Source: Paraglomus brasilianum
Lineage: Eukaryota
Reading direction: 5' to 3'
Assembly: GCA_910592345.1 (NCBI GenBank)
Contig: CAJVPI010000078.1
Span: 1-59,851 of the forward strand
DNA: 59,851 nucleotides
Part shown: piece by piece, positions 14,867 to 28,004 of the stretch
Layout of the letters: each line of letters begins with the position of its first letter
How positions within the stretch are numbered: position 1 is the first letter of the stretch
The notes under the pieces: generated by a model
The model's database searches: none
Seen by the model: only the letters and a program-made list of their open reading frames with translations
What the model was told of the DNA's origin: nothing
Position numbers and translations under genes: made by a program

Positions 14867-15109
14867 GGGGATCGGACATTGTGCCACTGATAAGGTCTAT
14901 TAGCCTTACGCCCAACACAACGCATCGGACTGGAAACCAAGAACGGGAAACTCGCGTGGCCCGGAGGGTCCAGCCTTACCGACTTACCTGTGATCTAGAC
15001 GTTGTGCCACTGATAAGGTCTATTAGCCTTACGCCCAACACAACGCGTCGAACTGGAAACCAAGAACGAGAAACTCGCGTGGCCCGGAGGGTCCAGCCTT
15101 ACTAGATCA
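14867..15109 (+). repeat. Two tandem copies of a 105-bp GC-rich unit (period 123 bp) with strong fold-back potential
   Basis: 14875-14979 and 14998-15102 differ by 4 A/G transitions. Internal stems and closing inverted repeats are described in findings. Confidence 0.9.
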
Positions 15110-15300
15110 AACTTTTCCAAAGAACGTGCCAACCGAAGCAGGGACAGATCGGGTGACTGACCTAAAGAAAATCTTTTTCCTTGTCGTTGCCTCAATTTAC
15201 TTTTCCCACTGCAAATTGTGCAACGTGATGTGACCAATGAGAAAGCTGACCCCAAAACACGACTTCGACACGCGACTTCATTAACATTCTCTATCTGCAG

Positions 15301-17535
15301 ATGATGGCTGACTTAGCGAATATACTTGATACAGAGTATCTGTCAAAAAGAGATTTCTCATACTGGTCGCATAAAGACGGGTATTATGCACTTTGTCGTA
15401 TAGCACGCAAAGCTATAGACATTTCGACTTTTGAGGAGACTTGGAAAAAGTCCCTTGCAACAAAGAAACTGTCCCCTCAATTAGTCTCATTGCTCAAAAG
15501 TCGAAGGAAAGCGACGGTGGATGACAAACGCCGACTGAGAAAAGAATTTCTGGATGAAACCGCAGTAGACAGTTTGGAAGAAGACGCGGTAGTGCTTAGC
15601 CTGTTCCTTGCATAGCTTGCACCATTTACTGATATTTCATTCAATTATGATAGATAATGCAGGGAGCCGCACTATTAAAGTCAGGTATGCAATACGATAC
15701 TAGAAGAACCAAAGCCCGATTGGAGAGCGGCGTAAAACGTAAACGGAATGATGACGGTAAGCACCCAGAAACCTTAACGAGAACAAATGACAGGGTGCTA
15801 ATACTAAGCAAACACAGATGAAGAGGAGTGTTATGAAGAAGAGCAGGAAGAACAGGAAAGCGATGACATAGAAGTAGGTATACCTAATACCTGCCAACCT
15901 GCATGGGTTATACTTTAATCACAATTTTTCTCGGTAGTAGAGTTATGATGCAGTGGAAGAAATGCAACCGCAAACCCCCCCACCACCACCACCACCACCA
16001 TCGGCTCAGACGCCTATATCAACGCCAAACAAGCGCAAATTGACACCAGATGAGTTAGAATTGTAGGATCCTTGATATTTTCATTTGTTGTTTCTGCAAA
16101 TGTGAATGGCTTTAATACTGTTATTTCTTATTTTAACAGCTGTTACGAGAATATGTCAGTTGTTTGCGCATTTAAAACCACGATGCACCGTCTTCCGGTA
16201 TTGTTAGGGGAGAAAGTGGCTGCAGACCTGATCAACAACATTAACAACGAGGCCATAAGACCACCATCAGTTTGGCCACAAATAAAAAAGTATCTGGATA
16301 TTGTATTGAATGTAACTTGAGCCCAATTCATTTTCGTTTTTATTTTGTGAATTCATTGCTTGAAATGTAACATGACTATGCAGACTCGAAAGGAAGATTT
16401 CAAGAAAGCACTAGAGGAGACCGTGAATGATGAACATGACATGTTCAGACTGTATTGCAAAAAAGTCTTATCAAACTTGTATGTATTAAAATTTTTTTGC
16501 AAAAGACCACATACTGTATACTGTATAGTGACTAATAAGAGTGAGTACATGCTATCCAAAAAAACTTCTCTTATAGTTACGATCTTGTCGATATTTTTCC
16601 TATGATCCCTGTGAGTATGGGCGAAAGGAAGTACATTGTTCAAAATGTCAGTCCGCTGTTCACATTTTATGAACGGACGTTTGGATTAGTTTACTTCGAT
16701 TGGTAGGTTTCATTGAGCATGTCTATCTTTTGCCGGCCATGGGTTAACCAAATACATTTTTTACCCAAGGATTGAAAGCCACTCCCGTGCAGCAAAATTG
16801 GCTCGGTCACCATCAGAATCAGGCATTGTCAAAGTAGATGCCAATGGTATAAGGGTACGAGACAATCAAGAAGTGTGGCATTTAGAAGTTGCTGGCTCGC
16901 CATATATCTTCTCAACGAAACATGCCGGTGATAATGCACGCAAATCAATGAACTTGGAGCTTGTTACTTTGGTGGCTGTATTGCGTGAATACTTGTCAGC
17001 CCCTATACGACTGGCAAAGAGACTGAAAATTTTTAGTTGCCAAGTGATAGGTGAGACGAGACATACTATAAATGTTTTGCAATACCCATTAAATGTGGTT
17101 ACTTTACCTATGGTCAATAGGTGATCGAATTACATTGTACAGCCTCAGTCTCATGGAGGAAGGTAAATTCCTGGCAGAAGAGTTGGAATCTGCAAAGTTT
17201 CCACTTTCTTTTGCTGCCAGAATTAGATATATAGGTATATTCAAAATGATGGCTCGATTCCATGTAAGTATTTCTAGAGTATCAGCATGAGATGATCAGT
17301 ACTAGTACTTACTATATATATAACAGGACGAACTTATGGAACAAGAAGAGATTATAGGAAAGATTGAAGCTAGCCTCTATGACAGCACAGATGAGTCCCT
17401 CAAAGTGAGGGATGTCATCACTTTGCCCGATAAAGTGCAAATGGTTTGTATATTCATGTCATTAGTAGCATTGAAAGTTGAAGGCTGTATTAACTATTGT
17501 CATTGTTAATGGATTGCTAGTTATCCTACAAGTAG
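15301..17535 (+). CDS. Multi-exon hypothetical protein with a C-terminal PD-(D/E)xK-like nuclease motif and a low-complexity charged/Pro-rich middle
   Basis: The ORF pieces can be joined at GT-AG introns. They include KVDANGIRVRDNQEVWHLEVAGSPY...KHAGDNARK and KIFSCQVIG|DRITLYSLSL, typical of transposon-derived REase-fold C-termini. Exon borders and the 3' end are approximate. Confidence 0.6.
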
Positions 17536-18099
17536 CGATGGTGATCAATCATACTTTCAGTGTGTTTGATATTGTAACAAGCCGAGCCAAAGGAGGTGGC
17601 AAAGCTCAGGCTTATTATTATAGAATTATTACTTCTAAGTGCGATATCCAGACTATAAAGATTAATAATATGGTTACATTGTTCCATGCCATTCTTCTGG
17701 CAAACGCACCTCTGAATGAGGTATCATAATAATGTTGGCCACGATATCTGTATATTTTTTCGAACGCTTCTATAACTTTATAATTAGTAAGTGAACGTCC
17801 CGCCTTAAATGTGTCGTGACGTCTATAACTAGTATAGTACAGACAATTATTTTTATCGTTTGCGAGCATGGATTAATATATCGCACTGATATACTTTGTT
17901 TTATCTTAGAAAAGCATTAGCTTCAGCTTTACACATTTGATAATCATATTGGTGACTTAACCACTTTGCAATATCCCGGAGACAGTATCCTTCTTCCTGA
18001 ATCCGGGTATATTATAGTAGAGCAATAGTTGGTCGAAACATTTTGATAATTCGGTGTTGCGACAAAATAGAATAAATCATATAGATGTGAAAAACATCT

Positions 18100-19050
18100 C
18101 CGCCCAGCGACGCACGGCAAACATAGAATTACGGGATGAATTAAATTGCGAGGTACGAATGAGAGAAAAATTCGTAGACTTATGCGGGAGTTATAAAAAT
18201 GCTTAATTCGCCGGAGTACTACAATCATTGACCAAAAGAATGCGTTTCCAGAATTAAGCAAAGGATCGAAGAATTAAAGCAATTCGCCTGATAACACAAA
18301 ATGGCTAAAGTTGGATGATGACACACAATTAGAATCAAAAGGTGCCGTGATTAACGCGAGAAAAAGGCCATGTGGCAGAGAAACCGGTAAAAGATATAAT
18401 AGGTCACGTTTCTAATCAATCTCAAGATGAGTTAGCAACAGAAAAAGAAAACACGCGAATTGTTATGAAGATGCTACATATTTTAATGCAGACTTGCTTC
18501 TCATTTATCGTAAATATGAAGAAATTATAGGGACGAAAAAAATAAGACACACATTTTGGCGAGTTTATTATGCAAAAAAATAAAAACCGATTACTATCAA
18601 AAATTTTGCTCGACTTTTATATAACAGATACAAACGTAGGACAATAGATAAACACGACAAATATGTCAAGTGAAACTGAAATCAAAGTGAAAACTAATTT
18701 GGAATTTGGGAAAGCGAATTAATTTTTTAATGATAGGATTTGAACTACCAAAGTTTCGCGGATTAACAGATTAATATGCGGATGAGAATTCATGGAATTT
18801 TCTTGAAGATGCAAACAATTGGTATGAAAGCAGGCTTAAAGATAAAAATTGGGAATTACAAAACCTTACCGTGAACATAATAATAATCTATTACTGCGGA
18901 GAAGTCACAATTAAGATTTCATTCGTTGTCCCAAGGCAACGACCCAGTAAATCGTTATTAAAAAAGAGGAGTTAGACAACAATTTTTGTAACTCGTATTG
19001 GTCTCGAAACCCTTAATACGAAAATTGGAAGAGGTTGAAATACGGAAGAC
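18100..19050 (+). pseudogene. Highly degenerate gag-like/coiled-coil retroelement remnant
   Basis: Broken frames read ANIELRDELNCEVRM..KIRRLMREL and LEDANNWYESRLKDKNWELQNL, with many stops and frameshifts. The family assignment is from recollection only. Confidence 0.35.
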
Positions 19051-19468
19051 TGAATTAATGTCAGGTGGATATAATCTTGAATCTCTCAATTACTAAGAGC
19101 GTCGCATCGATAATCGTTCGTATAGCTGATTAAGCTCTCGACGCTGTAACTCTTAAATAAGTTCAGCATATTAATATACAGAAAGTTAGATATTACCAGA
19201 CTGAATATCTACCATTAGACATTAGAGGTCATAGTGAACACCAGTTGAATATTCCAATCGCAAGTTTATTGGTTGTTTTCATTCGATCCTATAGATCCTA
19301 TAGGTATTATTCCACCGAAACCTATGCAGAAAAGGTGTAAACCCTACTCGAATCTCAGTTGTTTATATATCTAAATTGCCACATAGCTATTCTAAGATCT
19401 AAATGATCGATAGCTATTATTGCAAAAATATGTCTTACAAGTACCCCTATTACCATCATCAAAAATGT

Positions 19469-19602
19469 TTGATTCCGTATATATTCCAGTAAATTGTGGA
19501 TAGTTAAATTCCGTATGCAGTACGTCGTTCGTTGGTACGTCTTGATTCCGTAGATATTCCAGTAAATTGTTGATAGTTAAATTCCGTATGTACGTCTTTC
19601 GT
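19469..19602 (+). repeat. Tandem duplication, period about 73 bp
   Basis: ttgattccgta(t/g)atattccagtaaattgt(g/t)gatagttaaattccgtatg at 19469-19517 and 19542-19590. Confidence 0.85.
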
Positions 19603-22534
19603 CAATCGTAAATTATTCGCAGCATATACACCGCTCATTGGAGTTACGCCGCTTTCATTTTTTTCTTCCACTGCCAGCCTTTGTAGATGTTGTGATTGAA
19701 GAGATGTCCTGTTCTGAAGATAAGATAGACGTGAGGAATCCACTTTTTGTCATAGTAATAGGTTGAGTCCTACACATATCTTCTTTGATGCAGTCGATTC
19801 GACCGATTCTTTGTTCTGTGGATGTAAGAAAGTAGTCATTAAAAAAATGCTCACATAAAATTCAAGGCAACATAATAATAAGGTTCTAACCTTCGAAAGA
19901 GATAATTGCTTTCTCCGCTTTGTTGAACGGTCAGGTCTTTGGAGATAGAAAATCATGATTATTATTGGACTAAATACAAAAGAAAAAGAGTTAGTTTCTA
20001 TCGGACAATCACTTCCAGCAAAAAAAAATACCTCTTGGTCTAGTTTTGATGATAATCCAGTGAAATTTCCTATATACCTTTAGCGTTCAATCGTGCTAAC
20101 AGTTTCGATCGGTATATTCCATCCTTGACTTCTTTTTTGATTAGTTGTGTTATTGTAATCATTAACGCGACAACGTTTGTATTAATATTGCCGCTACTAC
20201 TGCCGCGCTAAAGCCCAGTTTACATTTACATGTAAAAGAAGAGATAAAAGCCCATAAAACTGAGTGTATTAGGGGGAGGGGGGAGTATATCTGTTTATAT
20301 ATGTTAATGAGAGACTGTATTTTGCTGGGGGAGTACCCATTCCTTTATTGAACGGAGTACCTGGGTAAGTCGAATAAAAGACTTTCCATTTTACCCGCTG
20401 TGACACAATCACACAGTCACGCGGAGTAATCATATACATATTAATGTATCTTAATATTAATACAGTCAAAACTTAGTCTCGATACAGTGAATTTCGTGCT
20501 GTAGTAAAGAATTCCTCTGATACAAAAACAGTATTATTAAGATATAATGAAGTTATATAGTAAGTCTCGTTATTAGCTCTCATCAGCTTACCTCCTTTTG
20601 CATTAAAGAGGATCATAAGCTCTTGCCAAATGAAATGGAAAGATTTCTTTATTGTTTGATAAATATACGTGTCATATAATATGATTGCTGAAAATGTCTG
20701 TTAATCACCAACAATTACTGTTTATGGTATCCCCCCTGGGGGAAGTAAATTACCTCCCCTCTGCCCCCTGCAGTGATTGCTAACTTTAGCAACTTTGCCA
20801 AATCTGATAAGCATACAGTGAGGATTGTCACCTGATGGTTTTTGACCAATCATAATACAAGAGCGCCGCAGAATACATGAATTTTCGACCAATCAAATAA
20901 TTCCCTAGTAAATAGCAAAATCGGCTATTTACAGCTATTACTATAGCCAAAGAATCTTGAAAGCAATCGAATTAACTCTCAGAAAATATGCGCTTTTGCG
21001 TCCACTATGCCATCCCACATGATTGTATTGGTATTTTGCTATTCCTTAGAGTTACATCAGCTAGTTAATTTAGGCTGTGAATGGTATTTGATTGTGCTAG
21101 TAGAGGTATCACGTAAGCCTCGGATTTGTCTCTCTAACTCAAACGATTCACCGATAGTTAGTTCGTCATAAATTCTCCGTGTTTACTGTAATCTTTTTGT
21201 GGCGGGTTAATTCACAGATTCGTTTCTTGGGTCTGGAAATATTCTCTTTATATTCAACAATCTGAGCCTTGTTTGCCGTAGCACGCGTAAGAGTTGAAAA
21301 TCTTATTAGACACACGTATTTTTATATCGAATTGTGTCACTTGACAATTTTTGAGGGAATTGCTAAAATTAATGGCGAAATATGACATGACGACGCGAAT
21401 GCGAACTCGTCGTCACTCGAATGACAATGGCAAAAAAAAATTACGCCAGGACCACCCACACATTAATATTGACTTGTTTAATAATGGCTTAGATTTCAAT
21501 AATTGGTCAGTGCTGCCAAGAATGGGCTTTCACGTTATCACTATTATAAATAGGAGTGGCAATCTGTCTGTTTACTCTTATATTTGACTGAAAAAAAGAA
21601 AGGAGATAAGTCCATGTGTCATACTGCTCTGATTCTACGCTCCCATTGCGATAAGGTAGTATTTATTCCATGAAATGTTGCCAATTTCAGCTTACATATG
21701 TAAATCCCCCAAGTTGGTAGTATGTTGAATTAAACGAGTCTAAATATAAAATCAAATAAACAATAACAAATCAAAACAAACAAACAAACCAAAAACCCTA
21801 TGAGCATGGCTTCTAATAAAGAACCATAAATATTTTAGCATCACACACGTCATCTCAAAAAAAGAATTGTGACACGAAGCCGTATAATTCAAATTTATTT
21901 GGAATAGCAGATCACATAACGATAACGATAACGGAAGACTGTATGTTCCATGCCAGTGGACAGTTGTCCAATGCACCTACAGCCAAGACAAGTCTTTACA
22001 TCTCGTCCCCATTGATATAAAGATATGCATTGATACATTCCTCGTCTGGAGGTTTAGAGAGCAATAGTTTCATTGTATAACAGTAGACATTGTTTTATAT
22101 TGAGTGAGCAAACTCTTTTTGAAGAGTACAAGTAAACAAGAAACAACCAAATAGTTATTTCGTGAAAACAGTTTCGTAAATGGGGATAACTATTATCAAA
22201 TATCCTCTGCCCCAGAAGCTATGCTGAGAGTATTTGATCATGGACAAATCTTTTGCAGTCTAGGAAGAGATCAATAAGTATACATATATACATGTTTCCA
22301 ATACTGTCTGCGTAACAATATTAATAACAAACCCAATACACGTCGATATTAAAGATGGTTGTTATCTTATTTACTAAGGATCGGCTAGTATTGGAAGAAT
22401 TTACGTGACAACAAGAAAAAGGACACTAGCAAGCCACAAGCAACAAGATCAAGCAAATGATAATACTACACATTGTTTGCCACCCGGAGCCATTGCTTTT
22501 CTCATTAATGCGATCTCTCACAGGCATAGTATTA

Positions 22535-23531
22535 TTAATTCTTGGCCATTACATTGTCGTAATAATTGCCTTTGACATCCCTTCCTCTCATACTCTGCTT
22601 AACATTATATTCGAAACTCTTTCGATTTGTTCTTAAATCCTCGGCAGCGTCTGATAAATAAAAGAGAGAGAGAAATTGAGTTGATACCAAAGACGATAAT
22701 TCTGTTGCTGTTATTTTGTGTCAATCATGCCCGACTTTTTTGTTACCTTTATGTAACGGATCCTCTGCATTCGGTTCCAAGAATAAATACTGTAGACCCA
22801 CTATGACAGAATTCAAATTGAGAACTGGTTTCCAGTCTTCGCGCAGAATATTTAGACACACATTGCCGTCAAGGTCAATGTTGGGGTGGTAAATCTGCAA
22901 GAGAGAAAAAGAAAGATGAAAAGATTTAATAATTGGTGACTTTGAAAATTCGAGAAATATTCGTAATGCATTTCCTTTTACCTTTTGTATACCTCGAACT
23001 TTCGGCGGCTCATGTGGATAATTATTGTTTATATTGAAAGTGAATCTAAACACTCCTCCCTTATAAAAACCTTATGTAAAAGCATGCGAATGTGAGTTAC
23101 TATCACAATAGACGAGAATGTACACAAGTTTTACCTTCATCGGGTTCTATGGACAAGTTAAAATTGAGCAAGTCTGATTCATCAGGAAAGCTCATTTCCA
23201 TCGTGCTCGGAAGCTCAAGCTCTGTCAAGTCTGCAAGTGTGAAAAGTGATTCAGTCAGGGCAACTCGCTACTGTCTAAGTAACAATCTCGACTCTTTCAA
23301 GCCGTAGTAATCTCGGACAAGCACTACTATTACAGCATGTAGAAACTTGACAAACAAGGGCAGCCTGTTTGACTTTTAGAAATGCCCATACTAAGAGTCA
23401 TTATGTACGAAAGGGAAATGACTACTGCTTGTTTGTATACCTTTTTGAACACGAATCTGGGCAGCACTGACTTTTGGCTTCTTCTTCTCGGCCTGTGCGT
23501 TGTCCTTCTTTATTGACCAGATCTTCAACAT
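22535..23531 (-). CDS. UBC12: NEDD8-conjugating E2 enzyme Ubc12, 5 exons
   Basis: [84 protein letters not shown]. Stop TAA 22535-22537. Confidence 0.95.
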
Positions 23532-23981
23532 ATTTACTAGTTACTATGCAACAAACAAGTAAGGCAGGAAGTGTAAAAAAAGAATAGAATAGAAGCTCCT
23601 TGGAAATCGGCTAGTGAATAGTTAAACCCTCGCAAAGAACTGTTTGAGTAATGTGTCTCATTTATATATGTTATGCACACAACAAGATCCATTATTCATG
23701 TGATTCAACACACGGCGCAGAAATGTGCCGCGATTGCATTCTGGCGCAGAACAATTCTATGTGCCGCTTCATCTTTTATTATTACGTAATAATTTACTTT
23801 TAAAGTCACATAATTTAAAAAAAAGTCACTACAAGTTGTGCAGCTAATGCAGTCAGATTCGAGTTCTAGCAAAAGTTGTGACGAGTGTTCGTTTAAGTAT
23901 CAGTTTCAATTTACTGAAACTGTAGCTGTGATTGGCTGATCTCTTCTCTGTATCATACCTTTCCAATTCGAGACTCTGTGT

Positions 23982-26900
23982 TCAGTTAGTTCCAAGAAGT
24001 TTATGCATTGTCTTGATAACTTCTTCTGGAGAGCCGACATGCCATTCTGCCATAGTTTTCTTATACTCAGTACCAATAGTAACGCAGAAACTAGATTTTT
24101 CAGATACGTCGGATTTCCTAACAGCCCTGAACATATCTTCATCTGTCCTGTCATCTCCCGCACAGAAGATAAAATCGACGCCAGGAGTGTTTGAAATGAG
24201 ACGCTTCACTATTTCGCCCTATAAATGATGGTATTCGTAAACTTGAACGCAACGAGGGTACTAAGACGTTGTAGCCTAAAGATGTTACCAACCTTGTTAA
24301 CCTGTGTTGGTCTTACTTCCAGGTTCTTCTTGCCAAGAAGAATTTCTACCGGAAATTTCGTGAGTATGACACCTTCTAAATGATTTTGCAATTCTTTGGC
24401 TTGGAATGCGCTGTATATGAATACGTATTAATAGGTGAGCATCGAGAATTCGGATTGTAAACATGGAACTGGGATATTTCTTATTAAATTCAACATACCC
24501 ATAGTCTGGATCTGCATTGCGATAATGCCATGTAAGCGAACATCGTTTATTCTCGACGAATGATCCTTGAGTTCTTTCTGTATAATATGTGAATATTTCG
24601 GTAACATCAGTCATCCAACTCATGTCCATGTCCTCAGTGAGATTGATCCATTTATTGGTTTCAGGATGCTTGAGGAAACTGCCGTGTTCAGCGCTGGTGA
24701 AAAATCGAAATGCAAAGTTGGTTTAAAATTGCATAAAAACACGTGACCAATTACAAATGACTCTTACCTGAGCCCAAGCCTTGGTACATGTCCCAACCAT
24801 TCTTCCAATGCTTTCTGATCGCGTCCTGAAATTATCCAGACGTCATTCTTTGGATCCGACGATAAAGCCTCCAATGCTGTTAGCATATGAGGCGGCGGTA
24901 AAGCAGCGCTCGGTATCCTAACAATGGGTGTCAAGGTGCCCTGAAATCACGTAAAACTTGATGTTAATACGATACTTGTACAATAATTAATTAACTTCAA
25001 AATCCTTATTCCCGCGGCTTACGTCGTAGTCAAAGAGCAGTAACCGTTTATTTGACGAGTTGTAGTTATTAATCATGAGATCAGTGTTGAGATATGGCGT
25101 TGGTGTGGATCGTTCTGTCGAATTAGAATTTGCAAGAAGTTCTTTAATGAAAGACTGGGCCCAGAAGTCAGCCGTATATGATGAGACAAGATCATATAAC
25201 AACTGCAATAAATTGTCAGCGTATAAATATATTTATCATAATCATCCTTTATGTAAAATGTAAAATACATACCATGTGTTTGACTTGTTTCTCTTCCCGA
25301 GATAAATTCAGTGCTTCGTAAATAGCTCGTGCAACCCCCTTATAGTCCCATGGATTGACCATGATAGCTGTACTGAGAGAGCCGGCTGTTCCAGTAAATT
25401 CACTTAGAATCAGCGGTCCATGGTTGTCCTTCTGACACACGATATATTCTAGTGACGTTGTATTCATTCCATCGCGTACTGATGTGATTAACCCAATATC
25501 AGCTACACTCATTAACGAATAATATTCATCTTGATCAATGTCGTTGTGATAATGATGTACAGGCGTAAACTCAAGAGATCCATATGTGCCGTTGATGCGC
25601 GCAATTAGCTCTGACGCTTTGACTTCCAGCTTTGGGGACTCGCTGAGGGCGGGGGAAGTGACTTGAATGAGAACAACCTGTTTCATGGTAACAAAATGAA
25701 TATAGTTATCTATTAGAATAACTTTCACAAGGTTGCCATTTTTATTAAATACCTTATTACGCCATTCCGGGTAATCTTTGAGAAACTGTTCAAAAGCATG
25801 CAGTTTCTGTAAAACACCTTTGACCAAGTCTAATTTGTCCCTTCCGACGATAATTTTCTTTCCAGCGTACATTTCTTTAATCACTGCCATCTTTGATTGT
25901 ACCCCAGGAAGTTTCCTAATAAAAATTTTCATATTCGCGTTAATTTCTGATCGATCAACTATCCTACTTATTATAGCAATGCGGATGGATGCTATACCTC
26001 CGTGACTCTACTCTCTGAGTATCGATTCCGATTGGGAATGTACCGACTGCAACAACTAATCCTTGAGCGCTTACACCACCGCTAGAAGTAGACTCGTATC
26101 CTAAAATACGCGTACAGTTGCTGGTGAAATGACGAGCATATGAATACGTCTAGTGTAATAAATTGTGAGTAAATAAATGCCTTGCTGCATTAATCAAGCT
26201 GACTCGACAATACTACCTGAAATCCAATTAAATTAGCACCAAGCATGCCATTAAGCACCTTATTACGCTCTATTATCAAAAATCAAGTTTGGGTTATTCA
26301 GTATTAACCGTCAACAGAACAGATAACAAGTAAACCGTATCGTGACGAATACGTAGTTACAACGAAATGGCAACAGTTGTGCAATACTCACTGGGTAGAC
26401 ATTTAAATATCTCCGAACTCGGAAATGGCGCATGGATAAATAAACCGATTATAGCGTCTGGTAGTCTTTTCCGTAACAACTCGGGCACCATTAGCAAGTG
26501 ATAATCATGGATCCAAACTAAGAATAAATACAAGTAGCGTTAAACGCCGTTAAATGACAGTACAATCAGATACCCCGTTAACATAATGAGTAATTACCAA
26601 TATCGCCTGGTTTATATATTTCTACTATCTTATCAGTAAATTTTTCATTCACTTTCACATATTGTACCCAATTTGTTGCTTCTTCTCGGCCGTCCGTGGC
26701 CTTGTCCCATAAAATGTAGTGAAAGAGAGGCCATAATACTAGAAATATAATTATGAATAAAATGCAGACAATAATAAGCAACTAAAAAACTGGCTATTGG
26801 TGTCTCACAAAGTAGAGCGAGTACAACACGATCATCATGAAAGAATAATGACAGATATGGTGATAAAGCGTTCAGCTCTTTCAATTCTATTGTCTTTTGT

Positions 26901-28004
26901 TCATTCATCTTTTTCTACTCCAATTCCATTGGCATAGCAATAACCAAGATTACATTGTGCATCAGCTTGCCCTTGTTCAGCTTGCTTTTTGATACCATTC
27001 AACTGCTTTCTGACCATCTTTTCCTATTCCAATTCCACTGTAACCAAGATATATTGTGCATTGCTATGCCAGTGGGAAGAGATGATCAAAAGGCAGTGAA
27101 TGGTATCAAAAACAAGGAAATGCTCAAGCACTCTCAGTTTGTGTTATACCCAATGGAACTGGAGTACAGTGAAACCTGTCTTAACCGGAACCGGTCTCGG
27201 GTTTAACAAATGTTTATAATTGGAAATCTTCTTTATCTAAACGTTTACCTGAACCGGCCTCTAGCTAAACCAGCCAAAAACCAGCAAAACAGGGCCGGCG
27301 GTTTAAACAGGTTTCACCTGTAGTAATAAATGTTCAAAATTGAATGGTAATCTCTTCCTATTCCTATTCCTATTCCTATTCCTATTCCTATTCCTATTCC
27401 TATTCCTATTCCAATTCCAATTCCACTGGCATAGCAATACTAGATTATATTATGCATCAGCATGCTTTTGTTCAGCTGCTTTTTGATACCATTCAACTGC
27501 CTTATTACTACTCCATCACATCACCAACACGATATAACTGTAAAAACAACAATATATACCAGTTTTGCAGTATCCTTCGTAGTGTCCCCGATGCTCCACT
27601 TCATTCAAGAATATGGGATATACCTTGTCTTTCGCCAGCAAATATTCCAATTCTTTTTTACGTTCATCAGTCAATGCGCTGTGGTCAAGGAGGTTCCCGC
27701 TGCAATTGCCTAGTGAACTTGAGTATCCATTGATGTGTCCGTTCTCGTCCTGATTGATGTCACCGACGTAACCAATGACTAGATTATCCCAATCTTTGTT
27801 GAGTGAGCGTATGCCTGAGTACAGAGCAGTATGAGCATCACGGGGTCGAAGTAACCAAGTATAAGTGTCGTTTGTATTTGGCTGTTTCTGAAGAATAGGA
27901 GAATGAGGAATAAGATGGGTTACGTTTATAATTCTTTGGCGAGAGGCTGTCTTCGAATTAGTCGAATGTACACCGTTTGGCGAGTCGAATTTTTGAGCTA
28001 CCAT
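23982..28004 (-). CDS. TPS2: Trehalose-6-phosphate phosphatase subunit (GT20-like domain plus HAD phosphatase), multi-exon
   Basis: HYEGYCKT|VLWPLFHY, WIHDYHLL, IGLFIHAPFPSSEIF, IIVGRDKLD, RDGMNTTSLEY, LILSEFTG, HAD motif LFDYD|GTLTPIV, WIISGRD, AEHG, GKKNLEVRP, CAGDDRTDEDMF. Confidence 0.93.
27167..27320. mobile_element. 154-bp pogo/Tigger-type (Tc1/mariner) MITE
   Basis: TIRs cagtgaaacctgtcttaaccg / cggtttaaacaggtttcacctg, flanked on both sides by TA (27165-66 and 27321-22). Confidence 0.85.
27355..27425 (+). repeat. Hexanucleotide microsatellite (TTCCTA)9(TTCCAA)2
   Basis: Read directly. It produces the spurious SYSYSY ORF at 27344. Confidence 0.95.

Larger units (their letters stand above)
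26906..27505. repeat. Composite repeat in the 821-bp TPS2 intron: roughly 100-bp unit in direct, tandem-partial and inverted copies
   Basis: The unit ttccaattcca(t/c)tggcatagcaa...ctttttgataccattcaactgc occurs at about 26918-27007 and 27415-27500, partially at 27015-27060, and inverted at 27061-27166. Confidence 0.85.

Noticed and set aside
14886..14970. Hammerhead-like CTGATAAG...GAAAC...GTC in the tandem unit
   Set aside because: The core would be CUGAUAA, lacking the conserved G8, and stems I-III do not assemble around it. Kept only as an unclassified structured element.
14875..15102. Possible CRISPR array, TPP riboswitch or 5S rRNA
   Set aside because: There are only two long units in a eukaryotic context with no cas genes, and the TPP and 5S consensus motifs are absent
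23232..23440. Longer UBC12 intron with short hairpins (possible intronic snoRNA)
   Set aside because: No clear H/ACA or C/D box arrangement
27355..27408. Telomere-like repeat
   Set aside because: The unit is TTCCTA/TAGGAA, not TTAGGG, and it derives from the local repeat unit
27344..27733. 129-aa ORF with an SY repeat
   Set aside because: Artefact of the (TTCCTA)n microsatellite, antisense to the TPS2 intron and exon
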